Source of the DNA: Candidatus Eiseniibacteriota bacterium
GTDB taxonomy: Bacteria; Eisenbacteria; RBG-16-71-46; SZUA-252
Reading direction: 5' to 3'
Assembly: GCA_003235575.1 (NCBI GenBank)
Contig: QJVW01000079.1
Location: forward strand, 25,525-89,524
DNA: 64,000 nucleotides
Shown here: positions 22,840 through 32,000 of the stretch, piece by piece
Layout: each line of letters opens with the position of its first letter
Position numbering within the stretch: the first letter of the stretch is position 1
Program-made: the position numbers and the translations under genes
The notes under the pieces: generated by a model
Told to the model about the DNA's origin: nothing
Databases searched by the model: none
The model's input: only the letters and a program-made list of their open reading frames with translations

Positions 22840-23556
22840 ATGACGCAAGGAACAGCCTTGGGTCGCGCCGTCACCGTCGACGCCCGCGACCTCGCGCAGC
22901 AGCTGCCCTTTCTAGAAGGCGCCGGTCCAGCGATCCGTAGAAAGATCGCCGACGCCGGAACCGTCGCGCATCTGGCGCGCGACGAGTACTTCCTGCGGGA
23001 AGGGGACGTCTGCTCGACGTTCGCGATCGTGCTTTCCGGCCGCCTTCGGGTCTTCAAGTTGGGCGAGAGCGGCCAGGAGATCACGCTGTACCACGTCGGT
23101 CCGGGTGAGGCGTGTCCGCTGAACGTCTCCTGCATCCTCTCCGATCGTCCGGTGCCCGCGATGGCGAAGGCGGAGGATGACGTGTCCGCGCTCGTGGTCC
23201 CGGCCGACACCTTCCGCGCCTGGATGGCGGACGTGGCGCCCCTGCGGGCCTTTATCTTCGAAATGTTCGCCGAACGATTGACCGAGGTGATGTCCCTCGT
23301 CGAGGAGGTCGCGTTCCGGAAAATGGATCAGCGATTGGCTTCGTACTTGATGGCCATGTTCGACCAGGAGGAAGAGACGGGGGACTGCGTCGCGGTGACC
23401 CACGCGCACATCGCATCCGAACTGGGCACGGCGCGCGAAGTGGTCAGCCGCTTGCTCAAGGAATTCGAACGGCTGGGCGCCATCGAACTCTCCCGCGGGC
23501 GCATCTACCTCCGCCGTCCCGAGCTGCTCGCCACGTGGAACCAGCATGATGCGTAG
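22840..23556 (+). CDS. Crp/Fnr family transcriptional regulator
   Basis: cNMP-like domain (SGRLRVFK...EITLYHVGPGEAC), C-terminal HTH THAHIASELGTAREVVSRLL; GGAGG SD before ATG 22840. Confidence 0.9.
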   Translation: MTQGTALGRAVTVDARDLAQQLPFLEGAGPAIRRKIADAGTVAHLARDEYFLREGDVCSTFAIVLSGRLRVFKLGESGQEITLYHVGPGEACPLNVSCILSDRPVPAMAKAEDDVSALVVPADTFRAWMADVAPLRAFIFEMFAERLTEVMSLVEEVAFRKMDQRLASYLMAMFDQEEETGDCVAVTHAHIASELGTAREVVSRLLKEFERLGAIELSRGRIYLRRPELLATWNQHDA

Positions 23557-23714
23557 ACGGGAAGGGCCGACGGCGCCACGGAGTCTCTGGGGAGTGGACG
23601 CTTCCCTTGACCACGGGGGTCTGGCAAAGGGTGACTCGGGGAGCATCTCGTCGAGGTGCGCCGGGCGCCGCCGGAATCCCATCGCTATGATGCGCCGCGC
23701 GGCGCAACGATTCC

Positions 23715-23728
23715 GTGACCACGGTCAC
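23715..23728. promoter_or_regulatory. GTGA-N6-TCAC palindrome, candidate Crp-family site
   Basis: GTGACC-AC-GGTCAC between the Crp/Fnr gene and the next start. Confidence 0.35.
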
Positions 23729-23734
23729 CATTCT

Positions 23735-25072
23735 ATGTGCTTTGCAGACAGCGGGTTCGGTGTTCGACGCGCGCTCGCGGTCCTCGTGTGCGTCGCCGCC
23801 ATCGCCGCGCTCGTTCCGGGACAGGCGCGCGCCGCCGCGGAACGATTCTACGACCGCCTTCGTTCCGCCCGCGCCCTGGCCGCGGAGGGTGATCTCGCGG
23901 CCGCCCGCGAGTTGTTCGTAACGCTCGACAGGGAGGAAGGGGGCCACCCGTCGTCCCTGTGGAGTCTGGCGCGGATCGACGCGATACGCGGCGACGGGGA
24001 AGGCGCGGTCCGCGCGCTCGACGCGTTCGCGGGAATGGGCCTGGCGGGCTTTCCCGCGCGCGATTCGAGCTTCGCCGTCCTCAACGGTTTTCCCCGGTAC
24101 GAGACCGTGCTGCTGCGGCTCGCGAAGAACGCGGCGCCGCTGGCGAACGCCTCCGTCGCGCATCCTCTGGACGATGCGGGACTACTGCCGGAAGACCTGG
24201 CCTACGACCTGCGAACGCGGACCCTCTACGTCAGCAGCATTCACCGTCGCAAGGTGATCGCCATCGACAGCACGGGGACCCAGCGCGACTTCGTCGGCCC
24301 CGCGCAGAACGGCGTGTGGGGCGTGTACGGACTGGCGCTCGATGCGACGCGGAATCTCCTCTGGGGTAGCATGGCCGCGGGTCCCCTTTGCGAGAACGGC
24401 GATCCCGCCGATTCGGGGCGCACGGCGCTCGTCTGTTGGGATCTAGCTTCGGGAACGGAACGTCGGCGGGTCGAGTTGCCGCGCGACGGCGCGAGCCACG
24501 TCCTGGGCGACATCACGCTCGGGGAGGATGGAACCGTCTACGCCACCGAGTCGCTCGGCGGCGCACTCTACGCCCTTCGACCCGATGCCGCGGCCCTGGA
24601 TACGCTGGCGGCGCCCGGATCGTTCGGCTCTCCACAGTCGCCCGTCGTGCTTCCGGGAGGCGATCGCCTGATCGTCGCGGACTTCCCGCGGGGGCTCGTG
24701 CAGTTCGATCTCGCGACCCGGTCGATGGCTACGTTTCCGAAGCCGAGGTCGATGGCAGCCACCGGCATCGACGGGCTGACCTTGGTCCCCCGGCCGGGCG
24801 GATACGGACTGCTCGGCGTCCAAAACGGCACGCGGCCACGAAGAATCCTCTGGCTTTCGCTGGATGGAACCGCGGAACGCGTTCTGGGCTGGAAGGTCTT
24901 GGAGCAGGCGACCCCCGCCCTCGGCGAGCCGACGCACGCCATCGCCGTCGGCGACGAGGCCCTGATCATCGGCAACAGCGGCTGGGAGCGCGTCAACGAT
25001 CGGGACGAACTCGAGATGGGTCCCGGCGCAACCCCCCCCGCGATCCTTCGCATCCAATTGCCCGCTAAGTAG
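23735..25072 (+). CDS. Exported TPR plus beta-propeller (SMP-30/NHL-like) protein
   Basis: Signal peptide; LLPEDLAYD, VYGLALD, LGDITLGEDGTVY, GIDGL repeats; start uncertain. Confidence 0.7.
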   Translation: MCFADSGFGVRRALAVLVCVAAIAALVPGQARAAAERFYDRLRSARALAAEGDLAAARELFVTLDREEGGHPSSLWSLARIDAIRGDGEGAVRALDAFAGMGLAGFPARDSSFAVLNGFPRYETVLLRLAKNAAPLANASVAHPLDDAGLLPEDLAYDLRTRTLYVSSIHRRKVIAIDSTGTQRDFVGPAQNGVWGVYGLALDATRNLLWGSMAAGPLCENGDPADSGRTALVCWDLASGTERRRVELPRDGASHVLGDITLGEDGTVYATESLGGALYALRPDAAALDTLAAPGSFGSPQSPVVLPGGDRLIVADFPRGLVQFDLATRSMATFPKPRSMAATGIDGLTLVPRPGGYGLLGVQNGTRPRRILWLSLDGTAERVLGWKVLEQATPALGEPTHAIAVGDEALIIGNSGWERVNDRDELEMGPGATPPAILRIQLPAK

Positions 25073-25207
25073 TACTACCCAAGTCCACCTGACCCCTCCC
25101 CACGCGTCCCGTAGTCTTCTCCGACATCGCTGCCGCAACCTCCAAGTGGGGCGCTGATAGCGCGAAGCGCCCCCGACGCGGGTGGGCCGCGGGGAAAGCG
25201 GGAATCG

Positions 25208-27361
25208 ATGATCGTGGCGAATGCACGGCGTGCCTTGGGGTTGCAGCGTCGCCGAGGTATACCCGATCCCACGAGCCGGCCCGTTCGCCGTGCCGGTCGC
25301 CTGGTCGTGATCCTCGCCATCGCGGGCCTGCTGGCTGCTTCCCACGGTTGGGCCCAGGACCCCGCCGCCAGCGCTCCGGCGACGCCCGACGAGGACTGTC
25401 TGGACTGCCACTCCGACGGCGCGCTCGAAACCGCCCGTATCCGCGGTCGCGTGGTCTCCCTGGACATCAATCCGACGATCCTTCGCCACTCGGCGCACCC
25501 CAAGGCCGCCTGCGTCGACTGCCATGCGGGATACGACCCGGAGGAGACGCCGCATCGCGCGACCATGACGCGCGTCGCCTGCGGCCGGTGCCACGAGTCG
25601 ATCGAGACGCTTCACGCCGCGTCGCTCCATGGACAGGCGGCCGCTCGGGGGGACCCGCTCGCGCCGCTCTGTCAGGATTGCCATGGGGGGCACGACGTCC
25701 TGCCGGTGCACGACCCCGACTCGCCGGTGGCGCCGCTTCGCATCCCGGCCCTCTGCGGGAAGTGCCACCAGGAGGGAGCGTCGGTCCAGCGCCAGCGAAC
25801 GATTCACCAGGACCGGATCGTGGAGAATTTCTCCGAGAGCATCCACGGGGAGGGGCTCCTTCGCAAAGGCCTCGTCGTGGCGCCGAGTTGCGTCTCGTGT
25901 CACACGGCGCACTCCATTCTTCCCCACACGAATCCGGCCTCGTCGATCGCCCGGCAGCGTATCGCGTCGACCTGCGCCCACTGCCACGCGGAAATCGAGC
26001 GCGTCCATCGCAAGATCATCAAGGGCGAACTCTGGGAAAAGCAGGCGCACGTGCTCCCCGCCTGCGTCGACTGCCACCAGCCGCACAAGATCCGGAAGGT
26101 CTTCTACGACCAGGGAATGGCCGACAAGGATTGCATGCGGTGCCACGGGAACACGGACTTGACCGCCACCGCCGATGGCCGCTCCCTCTACGTCGACGCC
26201 ACGCGGGTCGCGGCATCCCGCCACGCGAAGACCTCCTGCAGCCAGTGCCACACGGATGTCACGGCCTCCCGCGAGCGACCGTGCGAGACGATCGTCAGCA
26301 AGGTCGACTGCTCCTCGTGTCACGCCGAGATCGGGCAGGAATACCAGGCGAGCATGCACGGGGAACTCCAGGCGAAGAACGATCCGAACGCGCCGACCTG
26401 CAAGGAGTGCCACGGGGCGCACGAGGTCCTGGGCAAACTACAACCGGAGTCGCCGACGTTTCCCACCAACGTTCCCCGCCTGTGCGCCCGCTGTCATCGG
26501 GAAGGGGAGGAAGCGGCGAAGCGTTACAAGGGAAGCGAGCACGACATCGTGGCGCATTACACGGAGAGCATTCACGGCAAGGGCCTGATGAAGAGCGGGC
26601 TGACCGTGACCGCCATGTGTTCCAGCTGTCACACGGCGCACTCCGAGCGTCCGAAGGACGATCCGGCTTCGAGCGTGAACCCCGCCAACATTCCGGGCAC
26701 CTGCGGGCGATGCCACCACGGCATCGAGGAGCAGTTCGCGAGCAGCATCCACGCGGCGACCGCGGCGAACGCCGACAAGGAGCTACCGGTCTGCAGCGAC
26801 TGCCACTCGGCGCACACGATCTCCCGCACCGACGTCACGGGGTTCAAGCTCGACATCATGACGAAGTGCGGTCGGTGTCATGAGGAGATCTCGAAATCCT
26901 ACTTCGACACCTACCACGGCAAGGTGTCCCAGTTGGGGTACACGAAGACGGCCAAGTGCTACGATTGCCATGGGTCCCACGACATCCTGCCCGCAACCGA
27001 TCCGCGCTCGCATTTGAGCCGCGGCCATGTCGTGGAGACATGCCGGAAGTGCCACGCCGGCGCGACCCGTCGCTTCGCCGGCTACCTCACGCACGCGACA
27101 CACCACGACCCGAAGAAGTATCCGTTCCTCTTCTGGACGTTCTGGGGCATGACGTCGCTGCTCATCGGTACGTTCGTTGTCGGCGGTCTGCACACCGCGC
27201 TCTGGCTTCCGCGAGCGCTGGCCATGCGCCGGGAACGGAGCCGAGGCAAGACGGACGGCGACGACACCGCCGGGCCGGAGCACCCCGACGATGCCGCCGC
27301 GCCGCGCGATCCGGACGGACCGCCGTCGTCCCCGGGCGAGGAGGAACCGCATGATTCCTGA
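25208..27361 (+). CDS. Multiheme cytochrome c, 19 CxxCH, C-terminal membrane anchor
   Basis: 19 CxxCH motifs counted manually; signal peptide; C-terminal TM FLFWTFWGMTSLLIGTFVVGGLH. Confidence 0.93.
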   Translation: MIVANARRALGLQRRRGIPDPTSRPVRRAGRLVVILAIAGLLAASHGWAQDPAASAPATPDEDCLDCHSDGALETARIRGRVVSLDINPTILRHSAHPKAACVDCHAGYDPEETPHRATMTRVACGRCHESIETLHAASLHGQAAARGDPLAPLCQDCHGGHDVLPVHDPDSPVAPLRIPALCGKCHQEGASVQRQRTIHQDRIVENFSESIHGEGLLRKGLVVAPSCVSCHTAHSILPHTNPASSIARQRIASTCAHCHAEIERVHRKIIKGELWEKQAHVLPACVDCHQPHKIRKVFYDQGMADKDCMRCHGNTDLTATADGRSLYVDATRVAASRHAKTSCSQCHTDVTASRERPCETIVSKVDCSSCHAEIGQEYQASMHGELQAKNDPNAPTCKECHGAHEVLGKLQPESPTFPTNVPRLCARCHREGEEAAKRYKGSEHDIVAHYTESIHGKGLMKSGLTVTAMCSSCHTAHSERPKDDPASSVNPANIPGTCGRCHHGIEEQFASSIHAATAANADKELPVCSDCHSAHTISRTDVTGFKLDIMTKCGRCHEEISKSYFDTYHGKVSQLGYTKTAKCYDCHGSHDILPATDPRSHLSRGHVVETCRKCHAGATRRFAGYLTHATHHDPKKYPFLFWTFWGMTSLLIGTFVVGGLHTALWLPRALAMRRERSRGKTDGDDTAGPEHPDDAAAPRDPDGPPSSPGEEEPHDS

Positions 27362-28193
27362 CCGCGGGGATCTTCACTTCCAGCGGTTCTCGCGACTGAA
27401 CCGCCTGCTGCACATCGTGATGATCGTCAGTTTTCTGTCCCTGGCGCTGACGGGGCTGACGCTGAAATTCTCCTATACGGGTTGGGCCCGGCTCATGGCC
27501 CGCCTGTTCGGGGGGTTCGAGTCGGCCGGATATGTCCACCGCGTGGGCGCCGTGCTGATGATCGTGACGTTCCTCACCCACCTCGTCGATCTGGTCCGCC
27601 GCAAGAGCCGCGAATTCGGGACGTGGCGCAATCTCCTGTTCGGACCGAACACGATGCTCTTCACGCGCCGCGACTGGCGTGAATTCGTGGGGAGCATTCG
27701 GTGGTTCCTGGGAAAGGGGCCGCGCCCGCAGTACGGGCGGTGGACCTACTGGGAGAAGTTCGACTACTTCGCCGTCTTCTGGGGAATGATGGTGATCGGA
27801 TCGACCGGGCTGATGCTCTGGTTCTCGGAGTTGTTCACGATCGTGATTCCCGGATGGTTCCTGAACGTCGCGACCATCGTCCACAGCGACGAAGCGCTCC
27901 TGGCGGTCGGATTCATCTTCACCGTCCATTTCTTCAACACACACCTGCGGCCCGAGAAATTCCCCATGGACATCGTCATCTTCACCGGGCGGATGCCGCT
28001 CGAGGAGTTCCGAGAAGACAAGCCCGGCGAATACGCCGAGTTGGTCCGCCGCGGGGAACTGGAGCAGCACCTGGTCGAGCCGTACCCTCCCATCGTGATT
28101 CGCGCGATACGCGCCTTCGGTTTCACGGCGGTCGCGCTGGGGTTCACCATCGTTGTCTGGATCATCTACGCGATGGTGTTCGCATACCGGTGA
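27351..28193 (+). CDS. FdnI/HydC-type diheme cytochrome b
   Basis: LLHIVMIVSF, VHRVGA, YGRWTYWEKFDYFAVFWG, IVHSDEALLA...TVHF; ATG 27351 overlaps the upstream gene. Confidence 0.85.
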   Translation: MIPDRGDLHFQRFSRLNRLLHIVMIVSFLSLALTGLTLKFSYTGWARLMARLFGGFESAGYVHRVGAVLMIVTFLTHLVDLVRRKSREFGTWRNLLFGPNTMLFTRRDWREFVGSIRWFLGKGPRPQYGRWTYWEKFDYFAVFWGMMVIGSTGLMLWFSELFTIVIPGWFLNVATIVHSDEALLAVGFIFTVHFFNTHLRPEKFPMDIVIFTGRMPLEEFREDKPGEYAELVRRGELEQHLVEPYPPIVIRAIRAFGFTAVALGFTIVVWIIYAMVFAYR

Positions 28194-30424
28194 CCGCGCG
28201 GCGTCGCATCCTCCGCCTGGCGCTGGGACTGGCCCTGATCGGCGGCTCGCTCGCGGCGCTCTCCGGGGGAGGCGGGCAGGCGTCCGCGCGCGTGGCACGG
28301 AGCGCGGCGGGGCCGAACGCCGACGAGACCTGCCTCGAATGCCACAGCGGCGGAACCCTGGGGCCACGCCTCGTTCGCGGCGCGATGGTTCCCATGGACA
28401 TCGACCCGGCGTTGCTTCGCGCCTCGGCCCACGGCCGTTTCACCTGCATCAAGTGCCACGTCGGGTTCAACGCCGCGCGCACGCCCCACCGGGCGCGCAC
28501 GACGCCGGTCGATTGCGGACGCTGCCACGCCGATGCCGATTCGATTCACCAGTTTCACGCGCCGGCTACGAGCCGCGCGCTGACCGGCTCGTCGGCGGCG
28601 TTCACGTGCACCCTCTGTCACGGATCGCACGCCGTCGCCGGGGGGCACGCCGACACCACGCCCGAGGGCGCGCGCGCCATCGCCGTCGCCTGCGCGCGGT
28701 GCCACCAGGAGGAGGTGACCCACTACGCGAAGTCCGCGCATGGGCGGGCCGCGGCCGCGGGGCAGACCGGAGCGCCGACGTGCCTCTCCTGCCACACGAA
28801 CGAGATCAGCGCGGCGCGGTTTCAGGGGACCATCGCCGATCGCAAGCTGGAGCAGGAGCGGCTGTGCCTCCAGTGCCACCTGGAGGACCCCGAAGTTCGC
28901 CGGCGCATGGGGCCCAAGGCGGGCTTCATTCGGGCGTACGACGTCAGCGTCCACGGGGCGGCCCTGCACGCCGGCGACGACAAGGCGGCCACCTGCATCG
29001 ACTGCCACGGCAGCCACGACATGGCCAAGGGGTACGAGGAGGGGGCGCTCACCGAGAAACGCCATATCCCCGAGACGTGCGGTCAGTGCCACGAAAAGAT
29101 AGCCCACACCTTCGAGGCCAGCGTGCACGGCGAGGCGGTGCGGGAAGGAGTCACCGACGCGCCGGTTTGCACGGATTGCCACGGGGAGCACACGATCAAG
29201 AAGGCGGACGCCCCGGACTCTCCCGTGGCGCCGGGCAACGTCTCCGTCGAGGTTTGCTCGCCCTGCCACTCCTCCGTTCGCCTCGCCACGAAGTACGGCA
29301 TCCGAAGCGATCGGTACCAGACGTACAGCGATTCCTTCCACGGTCTGGCCATCCGTGGCGGCCAGGTATCCGCCGCCAATTGCGCGTCGTGCCACGGGTC
29401 GCACGACATTCTCCCGTCGGCCGATCCGCGAAGCATGATCTACCCGGGAAATTTGGCGACGACCTGCGGCCAATGCCATCCCGGCGCCAGCGCCGCCTTC
29501 GCCTCCGGCAAGGTGCACCTGGAGCCGGTGGCGTCCGACGAGCCGCTCCTCTACTGGATTGCGACGATCTACACGTTCCTCATCGTCGGGGTGGTGGGGG
29601 GGATGTTCCTCCACAACGCCGTCGACTTCTACCGGAAGGCGCGCCACCGGCTTCGTCGCCGCCGGGGGCTGGAACCCGAGCCCGAGCCGGTCGGCCATGC
29701 CCTCTACGTGCGGATGACGCGGAGCGAGCGTCTGCAGCACGCCTCGCTGCTGGTCAGCTTCGTCGTGCTGGTCGTGACCGGATTCATGCTGCGCTACCCC
29801 GAGTCGTGGTGGGTGGAGGGGCTCCGGCGGGTCTGGGGCGACCTCTTCGAGATTCGAAGCATCGTGCACCGCATCGCCGGGGTGCTCATGGTCGGGGCAT
29901 CCGTCGTCCACCTCCACTACCTGGGCTTCACGGAACGCGGCCGCGGATTCCTTCGCGACATGCTTCCGCGCCCGTCGGACCTGGGCGACGTGATCGGGGC
30001 CTTGCGCTACTATGCGGGTCTGACGCAAGATCGCCCGCGATTCGGGCGGTTCTCCTACATCGAGAAGGCCGAGTACTGGGCGCTCGTGTGGGGGACCGTG
30101 GTCATGGCCGTTACGGGAGTGATTCTGTGGTTCCAGGATCCGTTCATCGCCTTGCTGACCAAGCTGGGGTGGGATGCCGCGCGTTCCATCCACTACTACG
30201 AGGCCGTGCTGGCGACGCTGGCGATCCTGGTCTGGCACATCTATTTCGTAATCTTCAATCCCGATGTCTATCCCATGAACCTGGCCTGGTTGAAGGGGAC
30301 GCTCACCGAGGAGGAAATGGAGGACGAGCACCCGCTCGAGCTGGAGGCGATCCGTCGCCGACGCGAGCAGGAGAAGGCGGACTCCACGGTGCCGGACCCG
30401 GAAAGGGAGGAGCCGCGTGAATGA
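28190..30424 (+). CDS. CbcL-like fusion: 13-heme cytochrome c plus FdnI-type cytochrome b
   Basis: 13 CxxCH motifs, then QHASLL, VHRIAG, FGRFSYIEKAEYWALVWG, IHYYEAVLA...WHIY; GTG 28190 overlaps the upstream stop. Confidence 0.88.
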   Translation: MTARRRILRLALGLALIGGSLAALSGGGGQASARVARSAAGPNADETCLECHSGGTLGPRLVRGAMVPMDIDPALLRASAHGRFTCIKCHVGFNAARTPHRARTTPVDCGRCHADADSIHQFHAPATSRALTGSSAAFTCTLCHGSHAVAGGHADTTPEGARAIAVACARCHQEEVTHYAKSAHGRAAAAGQTGAPTCLSCHTNEISAARFQGTIADRKLEQERLCLQCHLEDPEVRRRMGPKAGFIRAYDVSVHGAALHAGDDKAATCIDCHGSHDMAKGYEEGALTEKRHIPETCGQCHEKIAHTFEASVHGEAVREGVTDAPVCTDCHGEHTIKKADAPDSPVAPGNVSVEVCSPCHSSVRLATKYGIRSDRYQTYSDSFHGLAIRGGQVSAANCASCHGSHDILPSADPRSMIYPGNLATTCGQCHPGASAAFASGKVHLEPVASDEPLLYWIATIYTFLIVGVVGGMFLHNAVDFYRKARHRLRRRRGLEPEPEPVGHALYVRMTRSERLQHASLLVSFVVLVVTGFMLRYPESWWVEGLRRVWGDLFEIRSIVHRIAGVLMVGASVVHLHYLGFTERGRGFLRDMLPRPSDLGDVIGALRYYAGLTQDRPRFGRFSYIEKAEYWALVWGTVVMAVTGVILWFQDPFIALLTKLGWDAARSIHYYEAVLATLAILVWHIYFVIFNPDVYPMNLAWLKGTLTEEEMEDEHPLELEAIRRRREQEKADSTVPDPEREEPRE

Positions 30425-30863
30425 CGATCGTACCGCCGATCCGGAACGGCGGGGCGTCCTGGTGTGGCTGACGCGAGGGTTCCTGGCTCTGTGGGCGCCG
30501 GCCGCCGCGGGGGTGACCACGACCTTCCTCAAGGCGCCCTCCGCGGAGGAGCGCCCGGGGGAGCGCCAATTGAAGGTCGGCTCCCTCTCGTCGCTGGCCG
30601 TCGGGGACGCGCGCTTCGTTCGGCACGGCACGGAGCCCGTCTACGTGCTTCGCGTCGGCGAGACGGAAGTGCTGGCTCTTTCGGCGATCTGCACGCACAT
30701 GCGCTGCGTGCTCAAATGGGATCGCGAGAAGGAGCTCTTTCACTGTCCGTGCCACGACGGGGTCTTCGACCGTCAGGGCAACGTGCTTTCGGGCCCGCCC
30801 AAGAAGCCGCTGCGTCACTATCGGGCGGACGTTCGCGCGGACGAAATCGTGGTCCACACATGA
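30417..30863 (+). CDS. Rieske [2Fe-2S] protein
   Basis: RRGVL twin-arginine anchor; boxes CTHMRC and CPCHDG; GPPKKPL. Confidence 0.9.
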   Translation: MNDDRTADPERRGVLVWLTRGFLALWAPAAAGVTTTFLKAPSAEERPGERQLKVGSLSSLAVGDARFVRHGTEPVYVLRVGETEVLALSAICTHMRCVLKWDREKELFHCPCHDGVFDRQGNVLSGPPKKPLRHYRADVRADEIVVHT

Positions 30864-30875
30864 GCGGAGGCCCTC

Positions 30876-32000
30876 GTGGACCCGAAACCGAACGATAAGC
30901 GATCCGTTCTGACGTGGATCGAAGATCGCGTCAATCTCACGGAGATCATTTCCTTCCTGAGCGTGTTCGGGCTGCTCCCCTCGGAGCTCGATTCGCGCAA
31001 ACGCGTGCGGGAGGCACTGGGCGAGGTGATGCGGCGGCCGCTCCCCTCGTACGCGCGCTGGCCGCACGTGCTCGGCATTCTGTCCTTCATCCTCTTCCTG
31101 TTTCTCGGTCTGACCGGAACGATGCTGGCGTTCTACTACCAGCCGACGGCCGACGTCGCCTACTCCTCGGTCACCTTGATCGCGCGCGACGTGGCGTTCG
31201 GGGGCTTGATCCACCAGGTGCACTACTGGGCCGCCGTGCTGTTCCTGCTGGTGCTGGGCGCCCGCGTCATTCGGTTCTTCTTCACGGGGCTCTACGCGCG
31301 GGGCCGGGAGGCGATCTGGATGGTGGCGGTGCTCACCTTCGTCTTCGCCACGATCGCCGACATGACAGGACGCCTCCTGCCATGGGACACCGCCGGCTAC
31401 TGGACCACGATCCGGGCGCGGGAAGTGACGGACGCCTTGCCGATCCTGGGGCCGATCACGGCGTTTCTCGTGGGGGGAAGCGGCCTTGATTCGCTGGTGC
31501 TGACGCGCTACTACGTGCTCCACATCGCCGTGTTCCCGTTGATCCTCGTGCTGCTCTTCTACATTCACTTCTCGAGCGTTCGCCGCGTCGGGCTCTCCCG
31601 CGTGGACCGGGCCCCGGGCACGCGCTCGCTTCGCGTGGCGATGTACGACCTGCTCCTGCTGGTCCTCTTCATGGTCGGGGGGCTCATCACCTTCGCCGTG
31701 CTCTTGCCGCATTCGTTCGGCGTGGTGGCGGACCCGTTCACGACGCCGCCGGACGCGCATCCACCCTGGTACCTCCTGGCGCCGCACGCGCTGATGGAGG
31801 CGTTCCCGGCGTTCGTGCCGAAGTTCCTTCGCGGGCTGATCCCGGAGATCATGCTGGCCGCCGTGCTCTTCCTGCCGTTCCTGGATCCGGAATCGGGCTC
31901 CGGGACGCGCCGGCGCCTCTTCCGGAACGTCGGGATCGGCGTGCTGCTGCTCTGGGTGGTGCTGACCGTCGCCGGATGGCGTCTGGAGGTGGGGCGATGA
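30876..32000 (+). CDS. Cytochrome b of a Rieske/cytochrome b complex (b6-like N-terminal and subunit IV-like parts fused)
   Basis: GTMLAFYYQPT, HYWAA, TGRLLPWD...GYW, LTRYYVLH...IH, PPWY (PEWY-equivalent). Confidence 0.88.
   Translation: MDPKPNDKRSVLTWIEDRVNLTEIISFLSVFGLLPSELDSRKRVREALGEVMRRPLPSYARWPHVLGILSFILFLFLGLTGTMLAFYYQPTADVAYSSVTLIARDVAFGGLIHQVHYWAAVLFLLVLGARVIRFFFTGLYARGREAIWMVAVLTFVFATIADMTGRLLPWDTAGYWTTIRAREVTDALPILGPITAFLVGGSGLDSLVLTRYYVLHIAVFPLILVLLFYIHFSSVRRVGLSRVDRAPGTRSLRVAMYDLLLLVLFMVGGLITFAVLLPHSFGVVADPFTTPPDAHPPWYLLAPHALMEAFPAFVPKFLRGLIPEIMLAAVLFLPFLDPESGSGTRRRLFRNVGIGVLLLWVVLTVAGWRLEVGR

Noticed and set aside
25069-25078. GTAGTACTAC perfect palindrome and GGGGCGCT/AGCGCCCC hairpin near 25160-25190 upstream of the cytochrome operon
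   Set aside because: Short, single occurrences; the first overlaps a stop codon; not enough to assign function
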